Source of the DNA: Syntrophothermus sp. DTU052
GTDB lineage: Bacteria > Bacillota > Syntrophomonadia > Syntrophomonadales > DTU052
Assembly (NCBI GenBank): GCA_001512495.1
Contig: LFRU01000057.1
Coordinates: 32,917 to 96,916 of the forward strand
DNA length: 64,000 nucleotides
Direction of reading: 5' to 3'
The notes below the pieces were generated by a model. That model did not search any database and was not told the origin of the DNA. It saw only the letters and a list, made by a program, of their open reading frames with translations. This document shows positions 43,972-52,205 of the stretch, one piece after another; position 1 is the stretch's first letter; the number at the start of each line of letters is the position of its first letter. A program made the translations under genes and the position numbers.

Positions 43972-46098
43972 ATGTTATTTGGCTTTATACCAATAGATGT
44001 ATGGTCAGAGCCACCAATGCGGGAAGTCGGAGCCAATATCCCCTACGAATGGTTGATATATGTTATCGCAGTCATTCCCGTTGCCGTATTGCTGTACGGG
44101 CTGTACCAGAAGGTACGGGTCTATATGGCAGCCAGGGGGAAAGTGAACAGACTGGATAACCTAGGGGCCAGAATCCTTTCCTGGTTCACCTATACCTTTG
44201 CCCAGGCCAAGGTAATTAAGAGTCCGCTGGCGGGATGGATGCATTTCTTCCTCTTTTGGGGATTCCTGCTGCTGTTCATGGCGGCCGGTATTGACGCCAT
44301 GCACCACTTTATCAACTGGCCTCATCTTGAAGGTAATTTCTATATCGTCTTTTCCTTCGTCGTAGACACCATTGGTTTTCTGGGGATGGTGGGAATACTC
44401 GTCTTAGGTATTATCCGCTACGTGCAGAAGCCCGATCGTCTAAACGATACCAAGAGCAGCGACGGCTGGATAATTGTGGCGTTATTTTCTATCTTGTTTA
44501 CCGGATTCCTCATCGAGGGTTTGAGAATAGCCGCTCAGATCAAGATGGCCACGCAGATTCAGTATATTGCCTATGAGAAAGCCGCATCCCCATTCGGCTG
44601 GCTGTTTGCTCAGATGTTCGTCGGAGCCAATATGGACAGCATTTTGGTGTGGCACCGGATACTCTGGTGGTTCCATATGGCGCTCGCCTTTGGAACTGTC
44701 GTATTAATTCCTTTCACCAAATTGTGGCATATTGCTACCAGCATGGCCAACTACTTCTTCCGCGATTTGGGCCCCAAAGGTGCCTATATCAAAGCGATTG
44801 AAAACATCGAAGAGGCCGAATCCTTCGGGGTGGAGAATCTCGAAGATTTTACCTGGAAGGATTTTCTGGACTTTGATGCCTGCATTCGCTGCGGCCGCTG
44901 TCAGGATAACTGTCCGGCGTATCTTACCGGCAAACATCTCAATCCCAAGATCACCTTAATCCAGGCCTTGAAAAAGCATATGGATGAGAAGGTACCGTAT
45001 CTCCTGGCTGCGGGCAGCCACAGTGCAGCCGAGGCGGAAATGGCCATGACTGAGGATGAAGAGGCGAAACCCGTTATGGAACAGAGCCTGCTCTATGATG
45101 TGGTAACTACTGATGTGATCTGGGACTGCACCAACTGCCGCGCCTGCATGGAGCACTGTCCCATGTTCATTGAACACATTCCCAAGATAACGGAGATGCG
45201 CCGCAACCTGGTAATGTGGCAGGGGGATATGCCCAGCGAAGCCCAGATGACCTTTACCAACCTGGAGAGAAACTATAATCCATGGGGTGTTGGTTGGGCA
45301 AACCGGGCAGACTGGCTAAATGAACGCGGTGTAGCTGACAAGGTGAAGATTGCCTCCGAAGACAGCGATTTTGAATACCTGCTATATGGCGGTTGTGCTA
45401 TGTCCTTTGATGACCGCTACAAACGGGTAGGGGAAGCAGTGATCAATCTTTTTGACCAGGCCGGAATAACCCTGGGTTACCTGGGGACGGAAGAACAGCA
45501 TTGCGGTGATACTGCCAGACGCCTGGGTAACGAATACCTGGCGCAGATGCTGATTACCGCCAACATCGAAGCATTTAACAACTATGGGGTCAAGAAAATT
45601 GTCACCACCTGTCCGCACTGCTACAACGCGCTCAAGAACGAATATCCACAGTTTGAGGGTGGACAATTCGAGGTCTATCACTATACAGAGCTGATTGCCC
45701 GGTTTATCGCCGAGGGCAAGATTAAACCGCAGAAGGCTCTGGGAACCAAACTGACTTATCATGACTCCTGTATGCTCGGTCGTCACAACGATATTTACCA
45801 GCAGCCGCGGGATATCCTGGCAGCCACCGGATCCAACCTGGTGGAGATGGAGCGCAACCGCGATAAAGGATTCTGCTGTGGAGCCGGCGGTGGCCGCATG
45901 TGGCTGGAAGAGCATGCAGCCGAAGGTTACAAGCGTATTAACGACACCCGTACGGAACAGGCCCTGGCCACCGATCCCGAGTGCATAATAACCAATTGTC
46001 CATTCTGCTTGACCATGTTGGATGACGGGGTCAAGGGTGTTGAATCAGAGGTTAAGGTTTTGGATATTGCTGAATTGTTAAGTCAGTCTATGAATTAA
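43972..46098 (+). CDS. membrane-bound Fe-S oxidoreductase: an N-terminal NarI/DsrM-like cytochrome-b-type membrane domain fused to an HdrD/DsrK/GlpC-like module (two [4Fe-4S] motifs plus two CCG domains)
   Basis: About six TM segments carry conserved His residues (GWMHFFLFWGF, IDAMHHFINWPH, WWFHMALAF, LWHI). These are followed by CIRCGRCQDNCP, CTNCRACMEHCP, CPHCYN and CCGAGGG. It lies immediately downstream of etfBA. ATG 43972 is 8 nt after GAGGAGGA. Confidence 0.8.
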   Translation: MLFGFIPIDVWSEPPMREVGANIPYEWLIYVIAVIPVAVLLYGLYQKVRVYMAARGKVNRLDNLGARILSWFTYTFAQAKVIKSPLAGWMHFFLFWGFLLLFMAAGIDAMHHFINWPHLEGNFYIVFSFVVDTIGFLGMVGILVLGIIRYVQKPDRLNDTKSSDGWIIVALFSILFTGFLIEGLRIAAQIKMATQIQYIAYEKAASPFGWLFAQMFVGANMDSILVWHRILWWFHMALAFGTVVLIPFTKLWHIATSMANYFFRDLGPKGAYIKAIENIEEAESFGVENLEDFTWKDFLDFDACIRCGRCQDNCPAYLTGKHLNPKITLIQALKKHMDEKVPYLLAAGSHSAAEAEMAMTEDEEAKPVMEQSLLYDVVTTDVIWDCTNCRACMEHCPMFIEHIPKITEMRRNLVMWQGDMPSEAQMTFTNLERNYNPWGVGWANRADWLNERGVADKVKIASEDSDFEYLLYGGCAMSFDDRYKRVGEAVINLFDQAGITLGYLGTEEQHCGDTARRLGNEYLAQMLITANIEAFNNYGVKKIVTTCPHCYNALKNEYPQFEGGQFEVYHYTELIARFIAEGKIKPQKALGTKLTYHDSCMLGRHNDIYQQPRDILAATGSNLVEMERNRDKGFCCGAGGGRMWLEEHAAEGYKRINDTRTEQALATDPECIITNCPFCLTMLDDGVKGVESEVKVLDIAELLSQSMN

Positions 46099-46115
46099 TG
46101 CTGGTGTGGAAGGTA

Positions 46116-46151
46116 GCAACAGGGACCGCGACGGTCCCTGTTGCATGTTTT
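46116..46151 (+). terminator. strong intrinsic terminator after the etf-linked oxidoreductase
   Basis: GCAACAGGGACCG-cga-CGGTCCCTGTTGC is a 13-bp perfect stem, followed by ATGTTTT. Confidence 0.8.
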
Positions 46152-46275
46152 GGGGCCAGAGGTGACTGATTAACACGGCATTTATGCAATCCAGGCAACA
46201 CAAAAACCTTATGGGGGAATCAGGCTAAGCACCAAATGGACCTGCCTGGCCATTAACAAGCGAGGGGGATTGGTG

Positions 46276-47421
46276 ATGGATTTTCGATTAACGGATGAGC
46301 AGGAGATGTTTCGTAAAGTGGTCCGTGACTTCGCAGAGAAAGAGGTAGGCCCCAGCGCAGCCGAACGGGATGAAGAAGAGCGGTTTGACATGGATCTCTT
46401 TTTCAAGATGGGAGAGCTGGGCCTGTGCGGTATTCCCTGGGAAGAAGAGTATGGTGGCTCCGGTTCAGATTTTATCAGTTATGTCATAGCGGTTGAGGAA
46501 TTATCCCGGGTTTGTGCCTCGACCGGGGTAACCCTGTCGGCTCACATTTCACTATGCTCCTGGCCGATTTGGAAATTCGGCACAGAGGAACAGAAGCAGA
46601 AGTACCTGATTCCCCTGGCCGAAGGAACCAAACTGGGAGCTTTTGCGATCACCGAACCCTCAGCCGGAAGCGACGCCGGTGGGACCAAAACCACTGCCGT
46701 TCTAGACGGTGATCATTACGTCCTCAATGGGACCAAGGTATTCATAACCAATGCCTATTATGCCGACATCTATGTCGTCATTGCGCGCACCGGACCCAAG
46801 GAATTGAAACACCGGGGCATAAGCGCCTTTATTGTGGAAAAAGGCACCCCGGGTTTCAGTTTTGGCAAGAAAGAGAAAAAACTCGGGATCCGCTCGTCAG
46901 CCACCTACGAGTTGATATTTGAGGATTGCCGCATTCCGAAAGAGAACCTGCTGGGCCAAGAAGGTGAAGGCTTTAAGATCGGCATGATGATCCTGGATGG
47001 GGGACGAAACGGTATTGCTGCCCAGGCAGTAGGGATTGCGCAGGGGGCCTTGGATTTTGCACTTCAGTATGCCAAGGAACGGGTTCAATTCGGGAAGCCC
47101 ATTAGCGATCAACAGGCCATTCGGTTCAAACTGGCCGATATGGCTACCCGGATTGAGGCTGCTCGTCTGCTAACCTATCAGGCAGCCTGGTTGGAGTCGG
47201 CCAAGCTTCCCTACGGAAAGGCAAGTGCTATGGCCAAGCTGTACGCCGGTGATGCGGCTATGTATGTTACTACGGAAGCAGTGCAGATCCTGGGCGGTTA
47301 CGGCTACAGCCGTGAGTATCCGGTAGAACGCATGATGAGGGATGCTAAGATAACACAAATATACGAAGGGACCAATGAGATACAGCGGGTTGTGATTTCC
47401 AATATGCTGCTGAGGGATTAG
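46276..47421 (+). CDS. acyl-CoA dehydrogenase (short-chain/butyryl-CoA type)
   Basis: [24 protein letters not shown]...[16 protein letters not shown]...[13 protein letters not shown]. Confidence 0.9.
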   Translation: MDFRLTDEQEMFRKVVRDFAEKEVGPSAAERDEEERFDMDLFFKMGELGLCGIPWEEEYGGSGSDFISYVIAVEELSRVCASTGVTLSAHISLCSWPIWKFGTEEQKQKYLIPLAEGTKLGAFAITEPSAGSDAGGTKTTAVLDGDHYVLNGTKVFITNAYYADIYVVIARTGPKELKHRGISAFIVEKGTPGFSFGKKEKKLGIRSSATYELIFEDCRIPKENLLGQEGEGFKIGMMILDGGRNGIAAQAVGIAQGALDFALQYAKERVQFGKPISDQQAIRFKLADMATRIEAARLLTYQAAWLESAKLPYGKASAMAKLYAGDAAMYVTTEAVQILGGYGYSREYPVERMMRDAKITQIYEGTNEIQRVVISNMLLRD

Positions 47422-47472
47422 CGACAGGACATAATCAATGAGCCTATTAATTTTACAGGAGAGGTGAATGTC

Positions 47473-48651
47473 TTGAACAAAGCGGTAATTGTTAGCGCTT
47501 GCCGAACGCCGGTAGGAAGTTTCGGCGGGACACTTAAGGATGTGTCCGCCCGGGAAATGGGCGCCCTGGTTATTGCCGAGGCTGTAAAGCGGGCCGGTAT
47601 TAAACCGGATATGGTAGAGGAAGTTATCTTCGGGTGTGTGCTCCAGGGTGGTTTGGGACAGAATATTTCACGCCAGTGTTCGCTGGATGCCGGTATTCCC
47701 GTAGAAGTACCCACTTTCGCCGTGAATAAGGTCTGCGGTTCCGGGTTAAAGACAGTCGAATTGGCCGCCCAGGCTATAAAAGCGGGGGATGCCGATATCA
47801 TAGTGGCCGGCGGAACGGAGAGCATGTCCGGTGCCCTCTTTGCCATGGACAAAGCGCGCTGGGGGTACCGTATGGGCGAGGGCACGGTTATCGATTTGAT
47901 GATAAAAGACGGCCTGTGGGATGCCTTTAATAACTGCCATATGGGAATAACGGCGGAGAACATCAACGAGCAGTGGGGCAACACCCGTGAAGAACAGGAT
48001 GAACTGGCGCTCCGCAGCCAGCAGCGGGCCGCAGCCGCCATAAACGAAGGGCGGTTCAAGGATGAAATCGTTCCGGTAGTCATTAAGACAAAAAAAGGGG
48101 AAACCGTTTTTGATACCGATGAGTTTGTGCGGCCACAAACTACCAGGGAAGGACTGGCCAAGCTCAGAGGTGCCTTCAAAAAAGACGGCAGTGTAACCGC
48201 AGGCAATGCCTCCGGGATTAACGATGGGGCGGCTGCAGTGGTGGTAATGTCCGAGAAAAAGGCAGCCGAACTGGGAATCAAACCTATGGCTGCTATTGTG
48301 AGCTATGCCTCAGCCGGAGTTGATCCGAAAATCATGGGGATGGGACCGTGGCCGTCGACGCTGAAGGCCCTCGAGAAAGCAGGACTGACCCTTGACGATA
48401 TCGACCTGATCGAGGCCAACGAGGCCTTTGCCGCCCAGTCAGTGGCGGTAGCGAAGGAACTTAAGTGGGATATCAACAAGGTTAATGTTAACGGGGGAGC
48501 AATCGCTCTGGGCCATCCCATTGGGGCTTCAGGAACCAGGATTCTGGTGACCTTGCTTTATGAGATGCAGAAGCGGGATGCCAAAAAAGGACTGGCGACA
48601 CTTTGTATCGGTGGTGGAATGGGAACGGCTCTGATTGTAGAACGGCCCTAA
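47473..48651 (+). CDS. acetyl-CoA C-acetyltransferase (thiolase II)
   Basis: [18 protein letters not shown]...[10 protein letters not shown] (active Cys)...NEAFAAQ...[17 protein letters not shown]...[11 protein letters not shown] 47473 is 8 nt after AGGAGAGG. Confidence 0.9.
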   Translation: MNKAVIVSACRTPVGSFGGTLKDVSAREMGALVIAEAVKRAGIKPDMVEEVIFGCVLQGGLGQNISRQCSLDAGIPVEVPTFAVNKVCGSGLKTVELAAQAIKAGDADIIVAGGTESMSGALFAMDKARWGYRMGEGTVIDLMIKDGLWDAFNNCHMGITAENINEQWGNTREEQDELALRSQQRAAAAINEGRFKDEIVPVVIKTKKGETVFDTDEFVRPQTTREGLAKLRGAFKKDGSVTAGNASGINDGAAAVVVMSEKKAAELGIKPMAAIVSYASAGVDPKIMGMGPWPSTLKALEKAGLTLDDIDLIEANEAFAAQSVAVAKELKWDINKVNVNGGAIALGHPIGASGTRILVTLLYEMQKRDAKKGLATLCIGGGMGTALIVERP

Positions 48652-48679
48652 TAATAACCTTTAAGGTTAATGACCACCC

Positions 48680-48712
48680 AAGAGGGTCCTTGGAAAGAAG
48701 GACCCTCTTTTG
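48680..48712 (+). terminator. intrinsic terminator after the thiolase gene
   Basis: AAGAGGGTCCTT-ggaaag-AAGGACCCTCTT is a 12-bp stem, followed by TTG. Confidence 0.7.
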
Positions 48713-48866
48713 ATGACTGGCTGTAAAGCATGGTTTATACTTTATGAAGGAGTCTGTTGTGCCTGAATGAGTTTTTGCACTGGGAATCGGGCTTGGGTTA
48801 AAATAAGCCCATGGAAAGAGTAAGTAAGAACTGCGGTATTTTATGTGACAGAATAGGGAGGCAAGC

Positions 48867-49361
48867 ATGGAGAAAGTTGCGGTATATCCTGGCAGTTTTG
48901 ATCCTGTTACCAACGGGCATTTGGATGTGCTGGAAAGAGCCAGCAGAATCTTCGATCGGGTTATTGTAGCGGTAGTGCACAATGTTTACAAAAACCCTCT
49001 CTTCTCAACCGAGGAAAGGGTTGAGATGCTCCGGGAAGTAACCAGACATCTGCCCAATCTGGAAGTAGACTCCTTTACCGGCCTTCTGGTGAACTACGTG
49101 CGCAAACGGCAGGCAACTGCCATTGTAAGAGGGCTGCGGACGGTATCAGATTTTGAGTATGAACTGCAGTTGGCCATGACCAACAGCCATTTGTACCCGG
49201 AAGTGGATACAATCTTTATCGCCTGCAACAGTAAATACTACTTTGTAAGCTCCACCGGCGTTAAAGAAGCCGCCCTGTTGGGCGGCTCCGTTTGTGGCCT
49301 TGTACCTCCTCTGGTGGAGGAAAAGCTGCAGGAAAAACTGCTTAAATTCAAAAAGGGTTAG
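48867..49361 (+). CDS. coaD: phosphopantetheine adenylyltransferase
   Basis: KVAVYPGSFDPVTNGHLDVLERA...RGLRTVSDFEYELQLA. Confidence 0.9.
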   Translation: MEKVAVYPGSFDPVTNGHLDVLERASRIFDRVIVAVVHNVYKNPLFSTEERVEMLREVTRHLPNLEVDSFTGLLVNYVRKRQATAIVRGLRTVSDFEYELQLAMTNSHLYPEVDTIFIACNSKYYFVSSTGVKEAALLGGSVCGLVPPLVEEKLQEKLLKFKKG

Positions 49362-49375
49362 ATTATTACCCGTGG

Positions 49376-50257
49376 TTACGGGAGAATATAGACTTTAACA
49401 TTTTGGATCCCGAACTTCAGGGCTGATTGGTGATCCGGGTAACAGAGATCGATACGATTGCCCTTTATCGCGCCACCGGTATCGGCGGCAATGGCATCGC
49501 CATACCCTTCAACGTAAAGTCTGGTTCCCAGGGGAATAACGCTGGGGTCGACCGCTACAATGCCGTGGCCAAGAGGGAGTCCGATATGGGTGGTCTGGTC
49601 CGTGTAAGGATAGTTGCACTTGTTGCAGGGACAATACGCGGTAGCCACCATGGTTATAACCTTGGTGTACCTTGGTACGGAACCGCCACGGGAGGGCGTC
49701 CCCGACTCTGCCGGCGGTTTGGGTATGGGATTGCGTAGAGCTTCCCTGGTCTGAGGTCCCACTATGCCATCGACTTTAATGTTGCTGGCTTTCTGGAGAG
49801 CAACAACTGCTGCATGGGTTCGGGGACCGAAAACACCGTCTACCGGACCACAATCAAATCCGGCTGCTTTGAGCTTCTGCTGCAGTTCTGCTACCTCATC
49901 TCCCGTGCAGCCCTGGTACAGGTTTCGTGCCGGCGAAGACGGCTTCGCCAGCAGGTTGGCAATTGCCGCCCTGGTCTGGGGTCCAACAATACCGTCGACC
50001 GCAAGACCACTGGATTTCTGCAGTGCCAGTACGGCGGCGTATGTTTTGGGACCGAAGATTCCATCAATATTTCCACAATTAAAGTTAAGAGAATTAAGCT
50101 GGGTTTGTAGTGATGCGACATCTTCACCCTGGCAGCCCCAGTACAGGTTGCGCGGTTCCGAAGCGGCCTGCGCACCAATACCCATGGCCAGAACAAATAC
50201 CACAGCTACTATGATTTCCAAGATCCTGCGAATTGGTTTAGAAAACAGAAATCCCAA
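49376..50257 (-). CDS. secreted cell-wall protein: two PG_binding_1 repeats plus a C-terminal 3D (MltA-like) domain
   Basis: It has a signal-like N-terminus, two copies of RNLY.GC.G..V..LQ..L....F.CG..DG.FGP.T..AV.ALQK......DGIVGPQTR, then ATAYCPC...VAVDPSVIPLGTRLYVEGYG...AADTGGAIKGNRIDL. The start codon is uncertain: the GGAG SD abuts the track TTG at 50257. Confidence 0.8.
   Translation of the reverse strand: MGFLFSKPIRRILEIIVAVVFVLAMGIGAQAASEPRNLYWGCQGEDVASLQTQLNSLNFNCGNIDGIFGPKTYAAVLALQKSSGLAVDGIVGPQTRAAIANLLAKPSSPARNLYQGCTGDEVAELQQKLKAAGFDCGPVDGVFGPRTHAAVVALQKASNIKVDGIVGPQTREALRNPIPKPPAESGTPSRGGSVPRYTKVITMVATAYCPCNKCNYPYTDQTTHIGLPLGHGIVAVDPSVIPLGTRLYVEGYGDAIAADTGGAIKGNRIDLCYPDHQSALKFGIQNVKVYILP
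49730..50152 (-). repeat. tandem duplication encoding two peptidoglycan-binding modules (protein-level repeat; the DNA copies have diverged)
   Basis: Residues 36-103 and 111-176 of the 293-aa product align with conserved NLY-GC, LQ, DG-FGP-T, ALQK and DGIVGPQTR positions. Confidence 0.75.
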
Positions 50258-50631
50258 CTCCTTTCATGCTTATGATAAGGCCACATTGGTCGGTAGCAAT
50301 ATGTGCTGCTGACCATTTTAATTGTATTAACTAAAGGCTATTGGCGACAAATCTGGGATATGGTTACATCTGCCCAAAGCAAAAGGACCTGTCCTTTCAG
50401 CGACGATCCCGAGCAATATGGACAAAAGTCCTATATAATGGTGCAGATTATTGTTAGATGGGATATTGCGGTATTGGAGGTTGACCTTCGCCTGGAATCG
50501 GTTGTAACCCGACAATGACCTGTTATAATACAAGAGAGCAAAACCTGGATGCAGCTCGAAAGTTTGTGAATGCAGTTGAATGGTCATACTTGGCTTAGGG
50601 GTTTGCTGGATGGCGGGAAAGGTGGAATGAG

Positions 50632-51516
50632 ATGGATTCAGGGGATATTATGCTGAGGGTTATGGATCGGGAGCGGATGGTAAGAATCTCCGCAGCCAGA
50701 ACCACGGCCCTGGTTGAGGAGGCTCGCGTACGACAGGGTACTTCCCCCACTGCGAGTGCAGCCCTGGGACGGGCATTAACCGCGGCGGTTATGATGGGTT
50801 TGGACTTAAAGGATGATGAGTCGATAACCCTGAGAATTAACGGCGGGGGCCCTCTGGAGACTGTGTTGGCAGTCGCGGAGAGCGATGGTACAGTAAGAGG
50901 ATATGTTGGCAATCCCGGCGTTGATCTGCCGGAAATATATCGGGGAAAGCTGAATGTTGGCGGCGCGGTAGGTACTGAAGGGTTTCTTGAGGTCATAAGG
51001 GACATGAGGCTTAGGAGTCCGTTTATTGGCCGTGTGCCGCTGCAATCGGGAGAGATTGCAGAGGATCTGGCTTATTATTTTACCCTGTCCGAACAAATCC
51101 CTTCTCTGGTTTCACTGGGGGTTTTAATCGCGCCCGGAGGTAAGGTGGAGGGAGCCGGGGGCCTCTTTGTACAGGCCATGCCCGGTGCCGGTGATGAATT
51201 GCTGAGAGTTTTGGAAGAACGGGTGCTGGAAGCAGGGCCCATCAGCAGCCTGGTTAAGTGGGACCTGGTCAGGCTGGTGGAGACAATTATGGGGGATATC
51301 CCCTTTGATATCCTGGACAAGAGAGAGGTGTATTTCCGCTGCCGCTGCAGCCCGGACAAGGTGTCATCAATTGTAACGGCTCTCAGCGATGAAGATATTC
51401 AAGTAGCCCTGGCATCCCAGGGCTGTCTCGAAATCTACTGCAACTTCTGCGGTGAAGTATACACTTTTGGCGAGGATGAAACCCGGCAACTGCGGGAAGG
51501 GGCTGGTCAACGATAA
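50632..51516 (+). CDS. hslO: Hsp33 family redox-regulated chaperone
   Basis: C-terminal zinc centre: CRCSPDKV ... CNFCGEVYTF. The body has GRALTAAVMMG and GGVLIQ-like FVQAMPGA motifs. Confidence 0.85.
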   Translation: MDSGDIMLRVMDRERMVRISAARTTALVEEARVRQGTSPTASAALGRALTAAVMMGLDLKDDESITLRINGGGPLETVLAVAESDGTVRGYVGNPGVDLPEIYRGKLNVGGAVGTEGFLEVIRDMRLRSPFIGRVPLQSGEIAEDLAYYFTLSEQIPSLVSLGVLIAPGGKVEGAGGLFVQAMPGAGDELLRVLEERVLEAGPISSLVKWDLVRLVETIMGDIPFDILDKREVYFRCRCSPDKVSSIVTALSDEDIQVALASQGCLEIYCNFCGEVYTFGEDETRQLREGAGQR

Positions 51517-51520
51517 AATG

Positions 51521-51709
51521 TTAGAGTGCTCTTTGCACCTTGTTGGAACGCAAGCACCTGGTGCAGACGTTTATCCGTTTCGGGACGCCGTTAACCACCA
51601 CTTTGACGCTCTGGGTGTTCGGCTTCCACTGGCGATTGGTTCTTATATGCGAATGGCTGTACTTCTTGCCGAAGGTAACGCCTTTTCCGCAAACATCGCA
51701 TTTGGCCAT
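51521..51709 (-). CDS. rpmB: 50S ribosomal protein L28
   Basis: MAKCDVCGKGVTFGKKYSHSHIRTNRQWKPNTQSVKVVVNGVPKRINVCTRCLRSNKV. The start was moved to ATG 51709. Confidence 0.9.
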   Translation of the reverse strand: MAKCDVCGKGVTFGKKYSHSHIRTNRQWKPNTQSVKVVVNGVPKRINVCTRCLRSNKVQRAL

Positions 51710-51828
51710 GCTTATCCCCCTTTCAATCATCACGATTAACATTCTACCAAACCCGGCAGGGAACAGCAACAAGCAGGAATAAAAAAATTGAGCGTTGAAC
51801 TATACTGAATCAGACAGGAGGGGATAAG

Positions 51829-52188
51829 ATGTTTGTCCTTGAATCCAATGAATTAGGAAAGGTAACGATATCAAAAGAAGCAGTGCAGACTATTGTCGGT
51901 ATGGCAACTGTTGAGTGCTATGGACTGGTGGGCATGATACCGCGCAAGGTTTCCAACAGCCTGACCAGTATTCTCGGCGTGGAATCAATTCGCAAGGGGG
52001 TTGAGGTAAACGAGACTCCCGAAGGGGTTGAGGTCGATGTTTATGTGGTAGTGAGCTATGGAACCAAGATATCAGAGGTCGGTTACAACATTATGCAGAA
52101 GATCAAATATGTTATGGATAAGATAACAGGAATACCAGTAACCCGCGTTAACGTTAACGTTCAAGGGGTTAAGGTTGCCAAAGAATAG
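51829..52188 (+). CDS. Asp23/Gls24 family envelope stress response protein
   Basis: GKVTISKEAVQTIVGMATVECYGLVGM...VEVDVYVVVSYGTKISEV...VNVNVQGVKV. Confidence 0.85.
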   Translation: MFVLESNELGKVTISKEAVQTIVGMATVECYGLVGMIPRKVSNSLTSILGVESIRKGVEVNETPEGVEVDVYVVVSYGTKISEVGYNIMQKIKYVMDKITGIPVTRVNVNVQGVKVAKE

Positions 52189-52205
52189 CCAGAGGAGGAC
52201 TATGG

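Noticed and set aside
50258-50631. A c-di-AMP (ydaO-yuaA) riboswitch upstream of the 3D-domain cell-wall gene.
   Set aside because: The conserved ydaO sequence blocks are absent on visual inspection of the minus strand.
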